DNA of 64,000 nucleotides from Escherichia coli (GTDB lineage Bacteria; Pseudomonadota; Gammaproteobacteria; Enterobacterales; Enterobacteriaceae): NCBI RefSeq assembly GCF_041248615.1, contig NZ_CP158426.1; one strand, 5' to 3'. Shown piece by piece: positions 60,057 to 64,000 of this stretch (position 1 is its first letter; each line of letters starts with the position of its first letter). The notes under the pieces were generated by a model. It saw only the letters and a program-made list of their open reading frames with translations, ran no database searches and was not told where the DNA came from. The position numbers and the translations under genes were made by a program.

Positions 60057-61373
60057 TTACGCGAATGCCGCCATGCTGGCTTTCATGGTGTACACCTCGA
60101 CCAGCGTGTTGGTGTACTCCTCGAGATAACGGTCGTAGTTGGCGTTATAGGTATCAGTAAGCTGATCGCCTTCGTCCTGAATTTTGCTCATCTGATCGTC
60201 AATGTTCTGCTGGCGCAGGGTGATGATGCCGTTGCTGGAGTCCGTGTAGGTGTTAATCAGGTCGTCCATCTGCGCTACCATGCTGTTGTCGCCAACGAAA
60301 ATAGAGGTCAGACCGTCAGGATTTTTCGCCATTTCGTCGTTGAACTGGTCGGAGTCAATCTGTAAGTGGCCGTGAGAATCGAGGGTGATGCCATAGTCAA
60401 CAATCGACACGCCGTTGTAGCTGGCATGGGCGATGTCATCGAGCTGGTTCGCCAGTGAACTGAGTCCGGCGTCGCCTGCAAATACCCCGGCGCTGGTACT
60501 GTCATCACCGTGAGTGGTTAGCGAATCAACCGTATCGATCAGGGTGTTATAGGCATCGACAAAGGTCTGCACTTTCTCCTGGCTGGCGCTGGAATCTTCG
60601 CTAATGTTAAAGGTAGTGAGGTCGCTGTCAGAATCGCTGACTTCGGTGAAAGTCATGGTGACGCCGGGGATCACATCATCAAACGTATTGCTGCTGTTGG
60701 TGATCGCCGGGCCCGTGGCGCTACCGAGATGAATAATCGCGTCCTGGGCTGAGGAAACAACCGTGGCAACGGGCGCGCTGGTGCTATCGTTGCTGGCATC
60801 ATGCCCCGTTACGCTCACCGAAAACGCGCTCTGCGCCCCGGTGCTATCGGAGGTGAGCATAATGGTGGTGGTGCCGTCGGTTTTCACCAACGCCGCTGAA
60901 ACGCCTGGATTATCATCGGAGTCGTTAATCGCGTTCACCAGTTCGCTGGCATCGATAAAACCGTCGCCGTCACCGTTCTGATCTGCCGCCGACAGATCGA
61001 TATCCATGGTGCTGTCGCCCATCGTCAGTTCAAAAGTACCGGTAGCGGAAAAGGCGTCGTCGCCCATACTGAACGTGGTTTGCTGCCCCTGCGCCAGTTG
61101 CTCAACGAAAAACGAGTAGCTTCCCGCCTGCGCCTGGGAATTGGCGGAAATGGTCGCCGAGTCATTATTGCTGGTGGCGGCAAAAGTCACCGGGCCGTCG
61201 GTATCGCTGTTCAGCGCGTCAACGGCGCTCTGGAAATCGCTTAACGCCGAGCTGAGCGAGTCCAGGCCGCTGCTTTCAGCGTCCAGCTCGGTCTGCTTCT
61301 CCTGCAAATTTGCCGCCTGGGTGGCGACATCCGCATAAGCAATTTCTTGCGCAATGGTTCTTGGGTTAATCAT
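60057..61373 (-). CDS. lafB: Flag-2 filament cap protein (FliD-like)
   Basis: 438-aa ORF. Confidence 0.8.
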   Translation of the reverse strand: MINPRTIAQEIAYADVATQAANLQEKQTELDAESSGLDSLSSALSDFQSAVDALNSDTDGPVTFAATSNNDSATISANSQAQAGSYSFFVEQLAQGQQTTFSMGDDAFSATGTFELTMGDSTMDIDLSAADQNGDGDGFIDASELVNAINDSDDNPGVSAALVKTDGTTTIMLTSDSTGAQSAFSVSVTGHDASNDSTSAPVATVVSSAQDAIIHLGSATGPAITNSSNTFDDVIPGVTMTFTEVSDSDSDLTTFNISEDSSASQEKVQTFVDAYNTLIDTVDSLTTHGDDSTSAGVFAGDAGLSSLANQLDDIAHASYNGVSIVDYGITLDSHGHLQIDSDQFNDEMAKNPDGLTSIFVGDNSMVAQMDDLINTYTDSSNGIITLRQQNIDDQMSKIQDEGDQLTDTYNANYDRYLEEYTNTLVEVYTMKASMAAFA

Positions 61374-61577
61374 TGATGACTCCGGGTAACGATGTCAGGT
61401 TAATGGCAAAAGGCGTGCCAATATTTTTTATGTGAAAAATCAATAGATTGAAAAACAGGCGGAAATGGTGTTTCCGGTCTGGCGGAAAAAAGCCTGCCGC
61501 TGAAAGCACAACACCGCCTGCAGGCGGTGTTGTTCGTGGCCGGATAAGGCGTTTACGCCGCATCGGCAAGTCCGCCA

Positions 61578-62492
61578 TTACTGCAGCAGGCTGGAAACCA
61601 TGCTGGACATGCTGTTGGACTGTTTCAGCATGGTGATGCCGGTCTGCATCAGCACCTGCTGTTTGGTCATGTTGGACGCTTCCGTCGCGTAGTCGGTATC
61701 CATGATGTTACCGATAGCGACTTCGGTGTTGTCTTGCATACTGGTCAGGTTGTTGGCAGTGTCGTTCAGACGGTTGATAGAGGCACCCAGCTTGGACTGG
61801 ATCTGAGACACGTCATCCATCGCGGTAGAAATGCTGGTGATCATCTGGTTAGCCGAGCCAGACGCAGTCAGCTCAGTACCGCCAGAAACGCCTGCGGTGC
61901 CCGTGGTGTCAGCCTGATCCGCACTAAAGGAGTTGCTGATAGCAGAAAGATCAGTCACCAGGGTATTCAGCTGGCTTGAAATATTCACGGTCATGGTGTC
62001 GGAAGATTCCGCGCCCACCTGGAAAGTTACCGCGCTCTGGAACAGACCGTCAGTACCGGTGTTGCTGGTGCCGGAAACACCGAACAGGTTGGTGCCGCCG
62101 TAAGTGGTGTTTTGCAGCATGTCAGACATCTGCTGGCCCAGTTCGTCGTATTCGTCCTGCATCGCCTGCAGGTCGTCGTCGCTGTAGGTGCCGTTCGCTG
62201 CCTGAGTTGACAGGTCTTTCATACGACCCAGCACGTCAGACATTTCGTCGAACATGCTGTCGGCGGTTTGCAGCATCGCGGTGGCATCATTGATGTTGCT
62301 CAGCGCAACACCCATACCGCTGGACTGTGCTGTCAGACGGTTAGCAATTTGTTTGCCTGCGGCGTCATCGGCAGAAGAGTTAATCCGGTTACCTGTCGCC
62401 AGGCGTTCCATAGATGTAGACAGAGAAGAGCTGCTTTTGCTGATTGCATTAACGGCAGCCATTGAGGCGTTATTGGTGTTAATAGATAACAT
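61578..62492 (-). CDS. lafA: Lateral flagellin
   Basis: ORF 61578..62558 trimmed to MLSINTNN... (304 aa); AAGGAG ribosome-binding site 8 nt upstream; conserved flagellin N and C termini. Confidence 0.85.
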   Translation of the reverse strand: MLSINTNNASMAAVNAISKSSSSLSTSMERLATGNRINSSADDAAGKQIANRLTAQSSGMGVALSNINDATAMLQTADSMFDEMSDVLGRMKDLSTQAANGTYSDDDLQAMQDEYDELGQQMSDMLQNTTYGGTNLFGVSGTSNTGTDGLFQSAVTFQVGAESSDTMTVNISSQLNTLVTDLSAISNSFSADQADTTGTAGVSGGTELTASGSANQMITSISTAMDDVSQIQSKLGASINRLNDTANNLTSMQDNTEVAIGNIMDTDYATEASNMTKQQVLMQTGITMLKQSNSMSSMVSSLLQ

Positions 62493-62926
62493 GATACTGC
62501 TCCTTGGGATTAATCGTTTTCGTTTCGATACCCTGTAAAAACGACACCTCAGGAGCAAACTTAAAATCGCCGTTAAAATTTTTTTGCCACGTATTATCCG
62601 ATGCCACTTTTAGCTAAAAAAAGCAGAGTTTAAATTCAGATAAAAAGATTATTAGCAATATCTGCCACATGGCCAGGTATCAAAATATGTCTTTATCAAA
62701 CGCTTGATATAGTTAAGATTGTCATCAATTATCGCGTTTTGTTCTCAATGTACTGATGCCAAAATTTACATTGCGTTGCAAATAGTACACATTTGGCTAT
62801 TGTACCTGTCCTGTCATTTCGTTACATTTCCACGCCATATAGTGATTAAGAATAATCCTATTACCGTAAAATATTAATTATCACGCAGAAAAATCATCTT
62901 CTCAGGGACGTATAAGACTGTGCTTT

Positions 62927-63820
62927 ATGCAAAGCACTATCAGGAAACATTTATCCCTTGCTAAGGTAAACTCAACTATGAGTATTATTATCAACAACTG
63001 GCGGATGGACCCGTCGCTTAATGCCTTAATACATTGCGAAACGGGTGAAACACGTCGTCTCGGCGAATACCATTTTATTTTGCTGGAAACATTAGCAAAA
63101 AATGCCGATGTGGTTTTATCGCGATCTTATTTATGTGCCGAAGTATGGAAGAACCGTATTGTCGGCGGAAATAGCCTGCCGACGGCGATCCATGCGTTGC
63201 GCGTTGCTATCGACGATGATGGCAAACAACAGAACATTATTAAAACAATTCCGAAGAAAGGTTACTTATGCAATAAAGAGTATGTATCTTTGCCGGAGTC
63301 ATCGCCTGCAGAAGCGCTGATTATTACCGACCAGATACAGGATACAGCCCCAGAAGAGATATCTTCGACTACACCGTATGTACCTGTTAGAAAAAAACAT
63401 AAAGGACTGATGGGGTTAGCGTTGGCCGCAGCTGTTATATTGGTTGGCTCAACCGTGGGGTATTCACACTTGAAAAGTACACCTGACGCTCCACAACTGG
63501 TAAAAGAGTCAATCAACAGTCCAAGAATAAAAATATTTCATCTTAGTTCTGGAAAAGAAAATAATTCCGCACCGTTACTGTCACAAACCCTCGCACCAGG
63601 AAAAGACAAACTCGATAATTTATTGTCAGCGCATAATATGACAATGACAACCTATTATAAATATGTTCGTAACCGACTGGAAAGTGATATTGTTCTGCAC
63701 AACCAGTGCAATGGTAGCTGGCAATTAACTTTTAATGTGGATAGCTGGCAGAATAGCGATATTAATAGCGCGATGTATCAGAATTTAGAGAAGTTGTTAA
63801 ATACTGTGCAGAAATGCTGA
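62927..63820 (+). CDS. lafZ: ToxR/CadC-like membrane-anchored transcriptional regulator (winged-helix DNA-binding domain, one transmembrane helix, periplasmic C-terminus)
   Basis: 297-aa ORF with a hydrophobic segment (GLMGLALAAAVILVGSTVGY); the start may instead be the ATG at 62978, which has a better ribosome-binding site. Confidence 0.7.
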   Translation: MQSTIRKHLSLAKVNSTMSIIINNWRMDPSLNALIHCETGETRRLGEYHFILLETLAKNADVVLSRSYLCAEVWKNRIVGGNSLPTAIHALRVAIDDDGKQQNIIKTIPKKGYLCNKEYVSLPESSPAEALIITDQIQDTAPEEISSTTPYVPVRKKHKGLMGLALAAAVILVGSTVGYSHLKSTPDAPQLVKESINSPRIKIFHLSSGKENNSAPLLSQTLAPGKDKLDNLLSAHNMTMTTYYKYVRNRLESDIVLHNQCNGSWQLTFNVDSWQNSDINSAMYQNLEKLLNTVQKC

Positions 63821-63835
63821 CGAGTGCCAATATAT

Positions 63836-63870
63836 GCCGGATGCGACGCTAAAGGCGTCTTATCCGGCAT
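63836..63870. repeat. REP-type palindromic element (gccggatgcgacgctaaaggcgtcttatccggcat)
   Basis: Classic enterobacterial REP palindrome between convergent genes. Confidence 0.7.
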
Positions 63871-63878
63871 ACCGATAA

Positions 63879-64000
63879 TTACCCCAATAAACTCCTCACC
63901 GTCTGGCTGGAAATTCGCGCCTGACCGTTCACCGCCTGCAATAAAACCTGATAGTTATGATTGGCGCTATCCAGCACGCCGCCGAGATTTTCCGACGCCT
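63879..64000 (-). CDS. lafW: 3' end of a flagellar hook-associated protein gene (FlgL/HAP3-like), partial; continues beyond the window
   Basis: Open minus-strand frame running to the window edge; assignment rests mainly on position within Flag-2. Confidence 0.4.
   Translation of the reverse strand, partial: ASENLGGVLDSANHNYQVLLQAVNGQARISSQTVRSLLG

Noticed and set aside
62493-62700. Sigma-28 class-3 promoter upstream of lafA
   Set aside because: A TCGGATAA-like element is present but no properly spaced TAAA -35 element was found; too weak to call without a position-weight scan.

Overview
This window reads as an Escherichia coli-type chromosomal segment, in reverse orientation relative to K-12 numbering, and I found no protein-sized ORF that lacks a recognisable family. 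All calls come from reading the supplied six-frame translations and the DNA by eye; no searches were run. Gene order: betA 3' end, ykgH, ykgGFE, rclRABC, an aldo-keto reductase, ykgA interrupted by a complete IS2, intact eaeH/fdeC, a six-gene redox island (two aldo-keto reductases, two LysR regulators, a Cys-type alpha/beta hydrolase, an Old Yellow Enzyme), ykgR, Zur-box ykgM-ykgO, ecpRABCDE, ykgJ, yagU, paoABCD, a decayed stretch (mocA-like stub, amber-interrupted MFS gene, second LysR/hydrolase pair, LysR fragment, ykgR/ykgO relic, tandem repeats), tRNA-Thr thrW with no prophage beside it, proBA, phoE, crl, frsA, gpt, pepD, decayed rtcB-prfH, yafPON-dinB with a LexA box, and the distal Flag-2 lateral-flagellar genes (lafUTSFEDCBA, lafZ, start of lafW). 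No CRISPR array, integrase or phage structural gene was seen. The least-explained material is the regulator-plus-redox island at 17.2-23.5 kb, its paralogous LysR/Cys-hydrolase pair near thrW, the IS2-truncated AraC-type regulator, and the repeats and relics flanking thrW. Protein coordinates derive from the ORF track with starts adjusted by codon counting; features placed by eye (repeats, boxes, terminators, tRNA, IS ends) may be off by 1-2 nt.
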